A DNA stretch of 64,000 nucleotides from a virus (IMGVR_UViG_651703101_000001:1-64000); one strand, 5' to 3'. Numbered from the stretch's first letter, positions 9,613-21,501 are shown. The notes: generated by a model from the sequence alone, not told the origin. Numbers and translations are program-made.

Positions 9613-11121
9613 ATGACAACAGTAAATAGTAACGATATGAGAATTAACAATGCAAAAAGACTGTTGGATTCGTTAAACGGACCTGGGCCCAATTTTGATG
9701 CATATACATATTTGGGAATAGGAAGACCCCTACCATGGTCTGACCTTACAGATCCATCAATTGATGATAGTAATCCACCAACATATAAAAATAACACACA
9801 AGATTTTAATAATTTTTACTATCAATTAATATCATTAAAAAGACTTAATGATGTATATGGATATACCATGGCTTCAAAGTATACTTGGAGTTCAGGTATT
9901 GTTTATGATATGTATAGACATGATTACTCATCTAAGAACTCTGCTGTTTCTGGTGCAACTGATTTGTATGATGCCCGATTTTATGTTGTGACAAGTACAT
10001 TTGATGTATACATTTGTCTCTATAATGGTGTCACCCCAACAAACACAACGGGAAACGTTTCTACAGTAGAACCTATAGGAAATAACCCAGAACCATTTGA
10101 AACTTCGGATGGTTACATTTGGTTGTACATTTATACAATTCCACAAAACATTAGAGAGTTTATAACTACAAATCATATTCCGATTGATAGAAATTATACA
10201 TCAACTCCAACTCCAGGTGAAATTAATTCAATTGTAATAGATACAGTAGGAACTAATTATACCTCTCTACCTGCAGGACTATCGGATCCACTTCCATACT
10301 ATTACTGCAGAGTTGTTGGAGATGGTGAAGGTTGTGTTGCAAGAGTTCAAGTAACTAATGGATCAATTTCTAAGATTGAAGTAGTAGAACCTGGAGTCAA
10401 CTACACCTATGCTAAACTAGATTTTACCGGTGGAAATGTATACAAGTCTGCAGAAGATCTTGCAAGTAACTCAAATGGATTAAATCCATTGGGTGATGGA
10501 AATTTCAATTCTACATGTATTATATCACCTCCTGGTGGATGGGGTTATGATTTAACAAGACAACTTGGTGCAACAACTGTTGGTCTATTTGGTGATCTTG
10601 ATATGAATATTAACGATTTTATTAATGATATTACTTTTAGACAAGTCGGAATTGTACAAAATTTAGAATTTTCAGATATTGAATTTCAAAATAACTCTAC
10701 ACTTTCTGGACACTACGCAGTTAGGCTCGAAAGTTTTTCCGGTCCTGGATTTACTTTATTAGAAACAATAAATCAGACTGTTGAAATCAATGGGGTTAAT
10801 AAGATTGCAAAAGGAACTGTAATAGGATGGGATAGCTCCACAGGTATATTGAGATATATTCAAGATCCAAATATTCACACTACTACTGACGGCAATATGT
10901 ATTTGTTCGCTGATTCAAATAATATTCTCGGTGAGTCATCCAACACGATAGGATCTGTCGATACCACAAGTATTATTGAAGAGGGCCTTCTTTTTGCAAA
11001 TGGTTACGCAACACCAGAGATTAAAAGATTCTCCGGTGATTTAATCTATATCAGCAATATTCAACCGATACAAAGAGATCCAGACCAAACAGAAAGTATC
11101 GCGATACTCATCAGATATTGA
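9613..11121 (+). CDS. gp8: Baseplate wedge protein gp8
   Basis: RINNA, WSSG.VYDMYRHDYS, FYVV...VY.CLYNG, DGYIW.Y.YTI, FRQVGIV and SGDLIYI.N..PI.R motifs of cyanophage gp8. Confidence 0.92.
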   Translation: MTTVNSNDMRINNAKRLLDSLNGPGPNFDAYTYLGIGRPLPWSDLTDPSIDDSNPPTYKNNTQDFNNFYYQLISLKRLNDVYGYTMASKYTWSSGIVYDMYRHDYSSKNSAVSGATDLYDARFYVVTSTFDVYICLYNGVTPTNTTGNVSTVEPIGNNPEPFETSDGYIWLYIYTIPQNIREFITTNHIPIDRNYTSTPTPGEINSIVIDTVGTNYTSLPAGLSDPLPYYYCRVVGDGEGCVARVQVTNGSISKIEVVEPGVNYTYAKLDFTGGNVYKSAEDLASNSNGLNPLGDGNFNSTCIISPPGGWGYDLTRQLGATTVGLFGDLDMNINDFINDITFRQVGIVQNLEFSDIEFQNNSTLSGHYAVRLESFSGPGFTLLETINQTVEINGVNKIAKGTVIGWDSSTGILRYIQDPNIHTTTDGNMYLFADSNNILGESSNTIGSVDTTSIIEEGLLFANGYATPEIKRFSGDLIYISNIQPIQRDPDQTESIAILIRY

Positions 11122-11124
11122 TGA

Positions 11125-11130
11125 TAAATA
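11125..11130 (+). promoter_or_regulatory. Late promoter TAAATA
   Basis: Upstream of ORF 11152. Confidence 0.7.
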
Positions 11131-11151
11131 AACTTACCGATAAGAAATAAG

Positions 11152-14100
11152 ATGCCTGTTCAACAAAATCTAAACGTTTCTCCTTATTACGACGATTTTG
11201 ATCCTAATAAGAATTATTATTCAACTCTATTCAAACCCGGATTTCCACTTCAAGCAAGAGAACTCACCGGGTTACAAAGTTGTATATCCGATCAGATTGA
11301 ACAGCTTGCAAGTAAATTTCTCTCACCCGGTGATGTAGTAACTCCCGGTGAATATGCATATGCAAAACCAGTAGCATATGTAAAAATTAGATCGACAACA
11401 GGAAACATAAACAACTACGTTGGTGCTACACTTACTGGTGTCACTTCTGGTGTTACTGCAAAAGTAATTCATGTTGTCGAAGCTACAGAAAATGATTCGA
11501 TTACATTTTTTGTTTCATATAATTCTGCAGGAACAAGTAATATTGCAAAAACTTTCCAAGAGGGAGAAACACTAAACAGTGATACACCTGATGCACTAAT
11601 TGCAGTTGTTGGTGTAAATGGAGTTGACAAACCTATTAATTTCCCAGCAATGGGATTTGGATCTTTGTTTTCTGTTACAAATGGAAGTTATTTCATTAAC
11701 GGATTCATGGTCAGAAACTACGAACAAACCATCGTAGTTAGCAAATACATAACCACACCTTCTTGTCAAATAGGTTTCATTGTCACTGAGTCCTTCGTCA
11801 CTTCAAATGAAGACACTTCTTTACTAGACAACTCACAAGGTTCTTCTAACTTTGCTGCACCTGGCGCTGACAGACTTAAGATAGAATTGACCCTGACAAA
11901 GTTAGATCTTGGTGTCACTATTCCTAACTTTATTCGCCTTGCAACTATTATTCAAGGAAATATCCAAGGATCACCAACACAAACAATCAAATGGGATTGG
12001 TTGTTTGACATTCTTGCAAGAAGAACTTTTAATGAATCTGGAGATTACATTGTTAAGGACTTTACTATCCAACCAATGGAATATCCAAACAGTGATGAAC
12101 TAGATGGACTATTCGATCCCGACGTAGATAATTTATACCCACCAGTTCCTGACAGTGGAAATGTTGACCTTCTAACTTATGAAGAAGCAGATGTCAATTA
12201 CGTTCTAAATGTCAGTGACGGTTTGGCATACGTGCAGGGATATGAAGTTGGTTTTGATTCTAGTTTCTACAAATTTGGAGAAAAATCTAGATCTACTCAG
12301 TTCAGAAATAATGCATCATTGAATATCACTGATGGTCCTTTCTTCTACGTTTCAAAAGTATACGGAACACCTGATATTCAAAATATCACATCAGGTGGAT
12401 CGGCAATTGCCTTGTCTTCCATCACTCTGTATGGAAACTTTACAGATGGATACACCGGTAATGCATTGGTAAGTGGAACATCCATCCCTCAGAATTTAGG
12501 TAACGCTCCACAAACAACTTACCATATCGTTTGTGATGGTCCAGTAGGACAAACACAATTCAATGAAGTATACAAAGGTGGTACCAGTGTTGTTGTCACC
12601 GGAAATAACGTATCCATCAGAAGAGGTGATTTCCTAGACAACGTAAGAGTTTTGTCGGCCATTACAATTCCAGCAATTCCTACTGGCATCATCACTCCAA
12701 AGTATTTTCAGCCATCAAATCCAGTAGGAACCGATACCTTCTATGAGTATAACTCTGAGTATAAACTTGGATATTCTACCGTTCAATACTTCACTCATAT
12801 TCCAGTCACTCTCGATCTACAGACAGGAACTAATTGGGTCGTTGGTAGTATTGTAACTGGAGAGAATTCCGGTGCAACTGGTGTTGTAGAAGATAGCATC
12901 AACCAAGAAGATCTTGGTTACATTATTCTTGTTCTATCTAATACAAATGGTGAGTTTATTCCTGGTGAAGGAATTTCTCAAGGAACAAAGAGTGCTGTTA
13001 TTTTCAGAGATGGTGAAATTTCTGGTTTTACATTCACTGATGCTGGATTTGATGGTCAACAATTTGATCTTTCTGGAGAAACTTCAATTGCTGTCACATC
13101 ATTAGGTGCAACAACAAATCTAACAACTGCAGATGGTGAAATCATCACATCTCCAACTAGAATCACACTGACTGCAAAAGGAAGAGATAAACTCCTTGCA
13201 AGACCAGAAAACAATATTGATTCTGGTGCAAGAAAAATCAACTACAATGTTAGAACAACTCCAAATCAAATTAATGGATATGCTATCATTCCTAGTGTAA
13301 GCATTAAGAACTCCGCGGTAACTACAAAGTCATTCTATTCTCCTCTGTTCGGACCTAATGACTTCTCTGCAGATATCTCTGGAGAGAATTCATCTCACAT
13401 TGAAAGTTTTATTGTAACCTCTGGTGGAACTTTCACTGGTAAAGCAAACAGTAACTTCATCAACTCTGATAACTATTCAGGTGACACATCGAAGGAACTT
13501 AACTTTGGAGATATTATCTCTTTTGTTGATGACGAAGGTAATGCAATAACCAAACAGGTTCTATTTGCTACGGAACCATCTGGATATGGTTCCCTTAGAA
13601 CTCCTGCATACATTTACTTCACAACAACACTTACAGACAATGTAACCGGTAAACAAGTTGTTAGAATTCGTTCAAAGAAATTTGGCAACTCTTCAGATAA
13701 TCTAATCTATCAACTTCCACAAAAAGTTGTCAAAACTCTAGAGGGTGCACCCCTATCTACTGATATTCGCTATCAAGCATTCAGACAGTTCTATGTACCA
13801 TTCAGTGCTGGTGCTACTTTCATCACCATCACAACCACAGATCCAAACGAACAGTTTGTTCCTGGAAGTAACACAACAGTAGCAATTGCAGAGAATACCA
13901 CAAACGGAATTCCATATCTAGAGGGCAGATTCCTACTTCCAACTGGATTCTCAACTTTGGACGATGGTAAGAAGTTGGTCATTAATTTGGATCCACTTAT
14001 TGACAGTGTATTGCTAAAAGTAATTACAACTGTATCCGTCACTGATGTAAGAGCTAAGAAGAAAATTCTCGTCAAGTATCAAAATGGATCTACCGATGAA

Positions 14101-17100
14101 AGAATCTTTATTCCTGCTGCAGATGCTGCAAAATCAGTATTGTCACTAGGAAGAACTGATGTCTTTAAACTATATTCAGTTGTCACTCCTGACGGACTAG
14201 ATGTTACCGATAACTACACATTTGATGATGGTCAGAGAGATAATATCTATGATATTTCTAGACTCATCCTTAAGGCTAATCGTCCTGCAGCGGTAACAGA
14301 TCTGTATGTCACATGTGATGCCTTCGATCACACAACTGACGGTGACTTTTTCTCTGTAGACTCATATACACATGATCTTGGAATTTCTTACAAAAAGATT
14401 CCAATCTATTCTATTTCATCTGCAATTCCAGATCAGCAACAATCTGAAAGTTCTAGTATTCTAGAACTTAGAGACTGTGTTGACTTCAGACCATCGGTCA
14501 ATGGTGCTGCACCGACACCTTCTAGAATTCCAGGTATTTCTGGCGTAAACTCATTTGCAGCTAGAAACTTCAGAAATTCAACATTGGGTGGAAATGCTGA
14601 TGTTCCTAGATTCCTAGTTCCAGGTTCTTTGTTCTCTTGTGATATTGAATACTACCTAGCGAGAATTGATACACTTTTCCTAGACAGAACTGGAGAACTT
14701 AGACTCACTCAAGGTGTTCCTGATCTTAACCCTAAGGCTCCAAATGATGAATCTACATCCATTCGTTTGTATGACCTAAGACTTCCACCTTACACATTCT
14801 CTGCAGAAGACATTTACATCAAAAAGTATAACTACAGACGTTATACAATGAGAGACATTTCTTCTTTGGACAGAAGAATTCAAAGAGTCGAAGACTATGT
14901 TTCTCTATCTCTTCTTGAACAGTCTGCATTGAATGCACAGGTCAGAGATTCTGTAACTGGACTTGATAGATTCAAAAATGGATTCGTTGTTGATTCATTT
15001 GCAAACCACGCAAACGGAAATACAACATCAGAAGAATACAGATGCTCAATCGATCCTGTATCTGATCACCTAAGACCTCCTCATTTTACCGAACAAGTTG
15101 CTCTAGAAGAAGTAAATCAACTCAATTCTCAAAGACTAAGTAATTTTTACAGAAAGACTGGACCATTACTAACTCTTCCATACACAAGTGTAGATTTTAT
15201 TCAAAATCCGTTTGCAACAAGAACTGTAAATCTACAACCATTCTCTGTGTTTGTTTATGATGGTGAAGTTAAACTCGAACCTTCAGTTGATACTTGGCAA
15301 GAGGTAAGAAGAAGAGACAAACTTGTTATTGAAGATAACAGTTTGTATAATTCTATGGTTGACATGACTAACAATCTCGTTTCTATGGGATTGGGAACCG
15401 TTTGGGGCGACTGGGAAACAACAAGTTCTCAAGTAATTCCTGGTGGAATTATAAGTTTTGCCGAAGCACAAAGAAGAGGATTGAGTATTCAGGACGGCGG
15501 TGGTTCACTTCCATTCACAAGTAGACCAGTCAATGTAAGTTCGACTACTGTTCTTAATCAATCAAGAAGTGAATTCAGAATTGGAGTCAATCCTGCAACG
15601 TCAACTACAGTTCAAACTTCCCAGGGAGATAGAATTGTAGATACTCAAGTTGCAAAGACAATGAGATCTACTGCAGTTTTCTTCTATGCATACAGACTAA
15701 AACCAAATGCCAAATACTACGCATTCTTTGATGGAATTGATGTCAATGCATGGGTTTCTCCCGATGAACCAACAACTTTAGAAGAGGATGGTTCTAAGAG
15801 ATTTGTCAATAGAGCAAATACCAATCCTAAAGGATTTGGAGCTGAAATTATCAGTGACAACGTTGGTACTATTACTGGAGTTTTCCTAATTCCAAATGGA
15901 CATGCACCAGTCAATGGTACAACATTCAACGGTGATATGGGGGCAGTTCAATATGACAATTCTTCCCCAATTCGTAACTTTGATGTAGGAACACGTTCAT
16001 TCAGACTCACAACTAATCCTACAAATGGTGCAGATGTTGATGCATTCGGTGAAAGTGGATTTACTTCTAGTGGAGTCATAATTGACAAACAAGAAACCAT
16101 TATCTCAACTAGAGTACCAAACGTCGAAAGAATCTCAACAGGAAGAACACAAGCACAACAAGTTAGAACTGGTCCTGTGCCAACAGCCTCAGCATTCGAC
16201 CCGGTTGCTCAAACATTCTTGATCGATAACAATAACCCAGAGGGTGTATTTGTCACCGAACTTGATGTATTCTTTAAAACTAAAGATGAGAACGAAAGTG
16301 TATTGGCATACCTTGTCAGTACAGAAGGACAAGTACCAACCGAAGATATTATTCCTTTCTCTCTAGTTGAGAAGAATCCTGACTCTATTTTGAGAGTCAT
16401 ATGTACTCTGGCAGCACAAACTCAAGTAACGCTTCCAGCTGGAACTATAATTGTAGGAAAGACTAGCGGTGCACGTGGAGTTCTCAAAAACACCATCGAT
16501 TTTGATAGTGCATCCCTAGACCCAACACGAAATGTTCAAAACACTGTATACAATGTCATTCTCAGTAATTATTTGAATGAATTTATACCGGGAGAAGTTA
16601 TTGTTCCAGAAGTCACACCTGCTCTTCTTTCAACATTTGTAATTGCGAATGATGAAATTTCGGTTTCACGTATCGATGTGACCAAATTAGGTGATGGTTA
16701 CACATTTGCAACTGTAGAATTTGCCGAACCTCAACTTCCAGGCGGGGTTCCACCTACAGCAACAGCCGTAATCTCTAAAGGTAAAATTGTTAAAGTAAAT
16801 ATCGAAACAATAGGACGCGGATACACTCAAATCCCTACTGCAATTATCAATGGAGATGGTAATGGTGCTGAACTTTATGTCAGAGTAGTAGAGAACAGAG
16901 CGGCTGTTGATATGGGTGTTGCAGTATCTGATGATGCCACAGCACCAACTAGATTCAAGTTCGAAGCTCCAGTATATCTACTAGGAAATACAAACTATGC
17001 ATTTGTTCTGAAGTCTCCAAACTCAGTAGAATATACTGCATACATTTCTAAGTTAGGTGAAAATATTCTAGGAACAGAAACTAGAGTGACACAACAACCA

Positions 17101-18606
17101 CTTCTTGGTTCTATCTTCCGCTCACAGAACGGTGGTCTATGGACTGAAGATCAAACTGAAGATATCAAGTTTGTTCTTCGTCGTGCAGAATTTACAACAA
17201 ATACTAATTCTCAAATTCGTCTAGAAAATTCACCTCTAGGAATGGAACCAATGGATCCTGATCCTATCGAGACCAGTGCAAATCTCAACCCAGATCCGGC
17301 AAATGAAACTAACGAATTTGGAAACAATCCAAAGATAGTTAGAGCATACAAGAAAACTCATGGCCACCTACCTGGGGATTATGCATATATTGAAGGCATT
17401 CAAGGCTATGGATCTCAAAATGAGATTAATGGAATTCCCGTTGATGAAATCAACGGATTGCATGAAGTCCTAACTGCAGAGTTTAACACATTTACATTTA
17501 AGGTTGACACCGCCGCAACATCTTCCGGTAAGGCAGGAGGCCCTGGTGGTATGTGTAATTACAACAGACCTTTTGAAGTAATTAACATTAGAACAGGTTC
17601 TCTTCTCTTTAAGAATACTACCAATTCAATTGTAGTTCGTTCTGCGGGTTGTGCTTCCATCAATGGAAATGGCCAGGCACCTTATATTCTTTCTGCTCCA
17701 GTAAGCGTTCCTGGGGAAATTAGTTTCTACTACAACAACCCAAAACAATGTGCACACTATTTGAATGAAGTCAAATATTCTAATGACTCTTTCCTACAGA
17801 ATAGAAAATCATTGAATGTCACGTTGAATTTGCAAACGTCAGATTCTAAGATTTCACCAGTATTTGACTTTGACAGAACCAATGCCGTATTGGCACACTC
17901 TTTGGTCAATAGACCAACAGAATCAAATCCATCAAACGGAACTCCTACAAGAATTCTAACATTTGATGGATCACCAGGAACAGATGGGCCGTTCACTCTA
18001 GCACCAAATGACATTTTAATTCTCCCAACTGGAAATATTATTGTCGATTCTTGGAATCCGCTAACTAGAAAACTAAAAGTAAGAGGTCAGAACACACTAT
18101 CCATCACTCCAGATATTGAAATTCGTGATTCACTAGGTGCACTCCTACCAATAAACATAGTCAATGTATCTAATGTTTCGTATCCTTATTTCATTCCAGA
18201 GACTCAACAAGACGGATCTGTATTTGCCAAGTGGATTTCTAGAGAATTCAAGTTGGAAAATCCATCTGATGGTTTAGAAGTCAAAATTACTGGAATTATG
18301 TATGAGAATGACTCTATTCGTCTATACTATCGTCCAAGAAATGAAGAATTTGACGGAAATCTAACTGATGTCAACTGGATTCCATTCAATGGAAACGGTT
18401 TGTGTAACAACAATACTCAAATTAGAGTCAGATCTAGTGATATTGTTGATCCTCGTCAACTTTCTGCAAACGATTGGACAGAATATACCTGGAGTGCCCA
18501 GGGAATTCCTCAATTCTCCGGTTTTGCTTTGAAGATTGTACTCACTGCATCAAACGTTGCAAAAGTACCATTGATAGATGACCTTAGAGCAATTGCAAGT
18601 GAATAA
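11152..18606 (+). CDS. Large virion structural protein, VrlC/DUF4815-like (2484 aa)
   Basis: NLNVSPYYDDFD, LFKPGFPLQARELT.LQ, APGADRLKI, LARRTF.ESGDY, RFKNGF.VD.F, DPVAQTF and C-terminal P.I.DLRAIA; position after gp8 as in cyanomyoviruses. Confidence 0.88.
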   Translation: MPVQQNLNVSPYYDDFDPNKNYYSTLFKPGFPLQARELTGLQSCISDQIEQLASKFLSPGDVVTPGEYAYAKPVAYVKIRSTTGNINNYVGATLTGVTSGVTAKVIHVVEATENDSITFFVSYNSAGTSNIAKTFQEGETLNSDTPDALIAVVGVNGVDKPINFPAMGFGSLFSVTNGSYFINGFMVRNYEQTIVVSKYITTPSCQIGFIVTESFVTSNEDTSLLDNSQGSSNFAAPGADRLKIELTLTKLDLGVTIPNFIRLATIIQGNIQGSPTQTIKWDWLFDILARRTFNESGDYIVKDFTIQPMEYPNSDELDGLFDPDVDNLYPPVPDSGNVDLLTYEEADVNYVLNVSDGLAYVQGYEVGFDSSFYKFGEKSRSTQFRNNASLNITDGPFFYVSKVYGTPDIQNITSGGSAIALSSITLYGNFTDGYTGNALVSGTSIPQNLGNAPQTTYHIVCDGPVGQTQFNEVYKGGTSVVVTGNNVSIRRGDFLDNVRVLSAITIPAIPTGIITPKYFQPSNPVGTDTFYEYNSEYKLGYSTVQYFTHIPVTLDLQTGTNWVVGSIVTGENSGATGVVEDSINQEDLGYIILVLSNTNGEFIPGEGISQGTKSAVIFRDGEISGFTFTDAGFDGQQFDLSGETSIAVTSLGATTNLTTADGEIITSPTRITLTAKGRDKLLARPENNIDSGARKINYNVRTTPNQINGYAIIPSVSIKNSAVTTKSFYSPLFGPNDFSADISGENSSHIESFIVTSGGTFTGKANSNFINSDNYSGDTSKELNFGDIISFVDDEGNAITKQVLFATEPSGYGSLRTPAYIYFTTTLTDNVTGKQVVRIRSKKFGNSSDNLIYQLPQKVVKTLEGAPLSTDIRYQAFRQFYVPFSAGATFITITTTDPNEQFVPGSNTTVAIAENTTNGIPYLEGRFLLPTGFSTLDDGKKLVINLDPLIDSVLLKVITTVSVTDVRAKKKILVKYQNGSTDERIFIPAADAAKSVLSLGRTDVFKLYSVVTPDGLDVTDNYTFDDGQRDNIYDISRLILKANRPAAVTDLYVTCDAFDHTTDGDFFSVDSYTHDLGISYKKIPIYSISSAIPDQQQSESSSILELRDCVDFRPSVNGAAPTPSRIPGISGVNSFAARNFRNSTLGGNADVPRFLVPGSLFSCDIEYYLARIDTLFLDRTGELRLTQGVPDLNPKAPNDESTSIRLYDLRLPPYTFSAEDIYIKKYNYRRYTMRDISSLDRRIQRVEDYVSLSLLEQSALNAQVRDSVTGLDRFKNGFVVDSFANHANGNTTSEEYRCSIDPVSDHLRPPHFTEQVALEEVNQLNSQRLSNFYRKTGPLLTLPYTSVDFIQNPFATRTVNLQPFSVFVYDGEVKLEPSVDTWQEVRRRDKLVIEDNSLYNSMVDMTNNLVSMGLGTVWGDWETTSSQVIPGGIISFAEAQRRGLSIQDGGGSLPFTSRPVNVSSTTVLNQSRSEFRIGVNPATSTTVQTSQGDRIVDTQVAKTMRSTAVFFYAYRLKPNAKYYAFFDGIDVNAWVSPDEPTTLEEDGSKRFVNRANTNPKGFGAEIISDNVGTITGVFLIPNGHAPVNGTTFNGDMGAVQYDNSSPIRNFDVGTRSFRLTTNPTNGADVDAFGESGFTSSGVIIDKQETIISTRVPNVERISTGRTQAQQVRTGPVPTASAFDPVAQTFLIDNNNPEGVFVTELDVFFKTKDENESVLAYLVSTEGQVPTEDIIPFSLVEKNPDSILRVICTLAAQTQVTLPAGTIIVGKTSGARGVLKNTIDFDSASLDPTRNVQNTVYNVILSNYLNEFIPGEVIVPEVTPALLSTFVIANDEISVSRIDVTKLGDGYTFATVEFAEPQLPGGVPPTATAVISKGKIVKVNIETIGRGYTQIPTAIINGDGNGAELYVRVVENRAAVDMGVAVSDDATAPTRFKFEAPVYLLGNTNYAFVLKSPNSVEYTAYISKLGENILGTETRVTQQPLLGSIFRSQNGGLWTEDQTEDIKFVLRRAEFTTNTNSQIRLENSPLGMEPMDPDPIETSANLNPDPANETNEFGNNPKIVRAYKKTHGHLPGDYAYIEGIQGYGSQNEINGIPVDEINGLHEVLTAEFNTFTFKVDTAATSSGKAGGPGGMCNYNRPFEVINIRTGSLLFKNTTNSIVVRSAGCASINGNGQAPYILSAPVSVPGEISFYYNNPKQCAHYLNEVKYSNDSFLQNRKSLNVTLNLQTSDSKISPVFDFDRTNAVLAHSLVNRPTESNPSNGTPTRILTFDGSPGTDGPFTLAPNDILILPTGNIIVDSWNPLTRKLKVRGQNTLSITPDIEIRDSLGALLPINIVNVSNVSYPYFIPETQQDGSVFAKWISREFKLENPSDGLEVKITGIMYENDSIRLYYRPRNEEFDGNLTDVNWIPFNGNGLCNNNTQIRVRSSDIVDPRQLSANDWTEYTWSAQGIPQFSGFALKIVLTASNVAKVPLIDDLRAIASE

Positions 18607-18614
18607 ATAAGATT

Positions 18615-18821
18615 ATGAAACAACCTGTTGCTGGATATAACAATCTCTATAAAGATTCCCAAACTGGCGTTATCGTCAATAGGGAATCTGTAGAAAGAGA
18701 AAGATATCGAATTGCAAGACAACAAGCAAGAATGAACATTGATTCTCGACATCAAATTGCAGTGCTAAAACAGGAAATAGATGAGATAAAGTCACTACTT
18801 CAACAATTGATTAATAAATAA
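18615..18821 (+). CDS. Small conserved coiled-coil protein following the VrlC-like gene
   Basis: V.GY.NLYKD..TG.IVN...LKQEIDEIKSLL; late promoter at 18604-18609. Confidence 0.75.
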   Translation: MKQPVAGYNNLYKDSQTGVIVNRESVERERYRIARQQARMNIDSRHQIAVLKQEIDEIKSLLQQLINK

Positions 18822-20132
18822 ATGGCACTAAATTTTCCAACAGATACCAGTAATCCATATATTGATGTAAGTAGTGGACTGAAGTATATCTTCAACCCAA
18901 CTGTTGGTGCTTGGGAGAGTGCTATTCAGCCTCCAGTTATTATATCTGATGCTCCACCAGAAGATGTAAGAATTCCCGGTTATCTATACTGGGATAAACA
19001 AGAAGGAAATCTTTATATCTACTATAGAGATGAAGATAGTGGCCAATGGATTCAGGCAGTACCTAATCCAGAAGTACCTAGAACTTTCATAAGCAGTACA
19101 CCTCCATCACCAGCAGTTGCTGGTGATTTATGGTGGGATGAAAGTACCGGTAGACTGTATGTTTATTACACAGAAATTTTCCTAGAAGATGGAGTAACAC
19201 CCGATCCCAACCCATCTTCACAATGGGTTGATGCATCTCCTGCATCTGTTATACCAGATAGGGCACCAGTTACAGTATCCACTCTACCACCAGCCAATCC
19301 TCTAATTGGTAATCTTTGGTGGAATAGATCAGACGGTAATTTGTATGTTTGGTATGAAGATGTAGATGGCGGTGAGCAATGGGTAGTAACTTCGGCATCT
19401 ATTGGTATTGGATCTAGTGGCCAATTGAAAGAAGTTACAGGTGCTCTTCCTGTGGAAATCAATACAACCACAAATGGTCCAGATCGTCCAATTGTATCGA
19501 TAAGACTGGCCACACAAACCGATACTGGTGTTCTTCGTTTTGGTACACAATTAGATGTAAATAATGCGACAAGCAATGCCGTAGCATTAGCACCAGGAAC
19601 TCTCAAGAATGGCATTAAAAATTATGTTCCTGATGCAACATTTACAGTTGAAGGAACTCAAAGAAACGCGACTCAAGCAGAAGTTGATGCTGGTCTATTA
19701 GATAATGTAACTGTAACACCAGAAACTTTGGCCAACTCTACTCTAATTAGTGGTGTTCCGCCAGGTGCAATTATAATGTGGGGATCAAGTACAGTTCCTG
19801 TAGGTTGGGTAGAATGTGATGGTAGAGATTCTTCTCCGTATCCTAATCTTATTCCTTACTATCCAGATAATATACCAGATCTGCGTGGTGAATTCGTTAG
19901 AGGTTGGGACAACACAAAAGGAGTCGATTCTGGTAGAGCTCTAGGATCATTCCAGGGTCAACAAATTCAAGCTCACTTCCACACAGTACCGACACAAAAT
20001 AATGCAGCGACTAGCGGTGCTGGACAATCCGTTCCAAATGGATCGGGTATTGCAACTGTCAATACCGGCCAAACTGGAGGAACTGAAACTAGACCAAGAA
20101 ATATAGCATTAATGTATATCATCAAAACATAA
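18822..20132 (+). CDS. Tail fibre protein with MALNFP N-module, three GDLWW-type repeats and a C-terminal tail-collar domain
   Basis: VPPGAIIMW..P.GWVECDG, PDLRGEFVRGWD and ETRPRNIALMYIIK collar motifs. Confidence 0.85.
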   Translation: MALNFPTDTSNPYIDVSSGLKYIFNPTVGAWESAIQPPVIISDAPPEDVRIPGYLYWDKQEGNLYIYYRDEDSGQWIQAVPNPEVPRTFISSTPPSPAVAGDLWWDESTGRLYVYYTEIFLEDGVTPDPNPSSQWVDASPASVIPDRAPVTVSTLPPANPLIGNLWWNRSDGNLYVWYEDVDGGEQWVVTSASIGIGSSGQLKEVTGALPVEINTTTNGPDRPIVSIRLATQTDTGVLRFGTQLDVNNATSNAVALAPGTLKNGIKNYVPDATFTVEGTQRNATQAEVDAGLLDNVTVTPETLANSTLISGVPPGAIIMWGSSTVPVGWVECDGRDSSPYPNLIPYYPDNIPDLRGEFVRGWDNTKGVDSGRALGSFQGQQIQAHFHTVPTQNNAATSGAGQSVPNGSGIATVNTGQTGGTETRPRNIALMYIIKT

Positions 20133-20153
20133 ATACTATAAAAGGTATACCTA

Positions 20154-20771
20154 ATGGCTGTAAATTTTCCAAATAATCCTACTCCTGGCCTATCTTGGTT
20201 AGATCCATCAAATAACGTTAGTTATGTATTTGATGGTGTAAAGTGGACATCAACAGGTACTGGAATATCCTTCGATGTGACTATTTTCACTTTAGAAAAT
20301 GACGATCCAGAATTAGTTGGAGGTACTACCACAGACGCAATTAACGCCGCATTAATTGCGGCGGGAAGAATTTCTTCTCCTTCGATTCTTCGTCCAGGAA
20401 ATACAACTCTAATTTCAGACAGTGGCAACCCAGACGAAAACTCAAACGTAACTGTTGGTCAGTACATATATGACGGTTTTGTTTGGGTAACTGTTCCTAC
20501 AACTGCAGTTCAAGTCCTGTCGGTATTTGGCAGAATTGGAGTTGTTACCGCACAAGAAGGAGATTATAATTTAGGCCAATTAGGAGACGTTAACACCACT
20601 GTAGTTACCCCGACTGCAACAACGAATTCACTCTTAAGATTCAATGGTACTACTTGGGTCCCAGGAGAAGCCAGAAATACACCATCAGTTACTCTTCCTT
20701 TGACAAAAACAGGAAATGATGTTACGCCTGCTTTGGGGTTTAATATCGATGGTCTAACTACTCTACCATAA
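20154..20771 (+). CDS. Fibre-associated structural protein (MAVNFP N-module; C-terminal FNIDGLTTLP)
   Basis: Late promoter at 20130-20135; V.SVFGR.G.V motif typical of phage fibres. Confidence 0.7.
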   Translation: MAVNFPNNPTPGLSWLDPSNNVSYVFDGVKWTSTGTGISFDVTIFTLENDDPELVGGTTTDAINAALIAAGRISSPSILRPGNTTLISDSGNPDENSNVTVGQYIYDGFVWVTVPTTAVQVLSVFGRIGVVTAQEGDYNLGQLGDVNTTVVTPTATTNSLLRFNGTTWVPGEARNTPSVTLPLTKTGNDVTPALGFNIDGLTTLP

Positions 20772-20790
20772 ATAGAAATAAAGTATTATA

Positions 20791-21501
20791 ATGGCACTCA
20801 ACTTTCCAGCAAACCCAACACCAAATCAAATATATTTTGATGTATCCAATGGATATAGATATCAATGGGTAGTTGATCCCCAATCTCTAACCGGTCAAGG
20901 AAAATGGACAGTTAGAACTTCTGGATTTAACAACAATCCTGCAGGTGCCCAGGGACCCCAAGGTTTCCAAGGTGATCCTGGCGGACCTCAGGGCCCACAA
21001 GGATTTCAAGGTCCACCTGGGACTGGTGCACAGGGTCCCCAAGGTGTCCCAGGTGCACAAGGTCCTCAAGGTGATGCCGGTGGTCCTCAAGGTGATCCAG
21101 GAGAACAAGGACCACAGGGTGAACCGGGTGCTACAACTTCTCCTCTAATTCCACTAGGAATCACTTGTTCGGATGAAACAACACCAATTACTACTGGGAC
21201 AGATAAGTTTACATTTACAGTCCCATTGAATGGGACAATAGATTCTATTATAGCATCTTCAATTGTCGCACCAGACGGTTCAGATATAATCATAGATGTG
21301 AATAAGAATGGATCCAGTATTTTAACTACAGAAATTCATATCGATGACGGAGATGTATCGAGCATAGGATCTGCCACTCCTTATGTAATTTCAGATGATG
21401 CACTAGTTGCTGGGGATGTTATTAGTGTAGATTTTGATCAAGTCGGTTCTACTACAGAAGGAACTGGAGTCAAACTTTGGTTCATTATACAGTATAGCTA
21501 A
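20791..21501 (+). CDS. Collagen-like fibre protein with MALNFP N-module and C-terminal 'SDETT' adaptor domain
   Basis: G-X-Y run (GPQ/GFQ/GAQ); C-terminus paralogous to that of ORF 28846; late promoter at 20769-20774. Confidence 0.8.
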   Translation: MALNFPANPTPNQIYFDVSNGYRYQWVVDPQSLTGQGKWTVRTSGFNNNPAGAQGPQGFQGDPGGPQGPQGFQGPPGTGAQGPQGVPGAQGPQGDAGGPQGDPGEQGPQGEPGATTSPLIPLGITCSDETTPITTGTDKFTFTVPLNGTIDSIIASSIVAPDGSDIIIDVNKNGSSILTTEIHIDDGDVSSIGSATPYVISDDALVAGDVISVDFDQVGSTTEGTGVKLWFIIQYS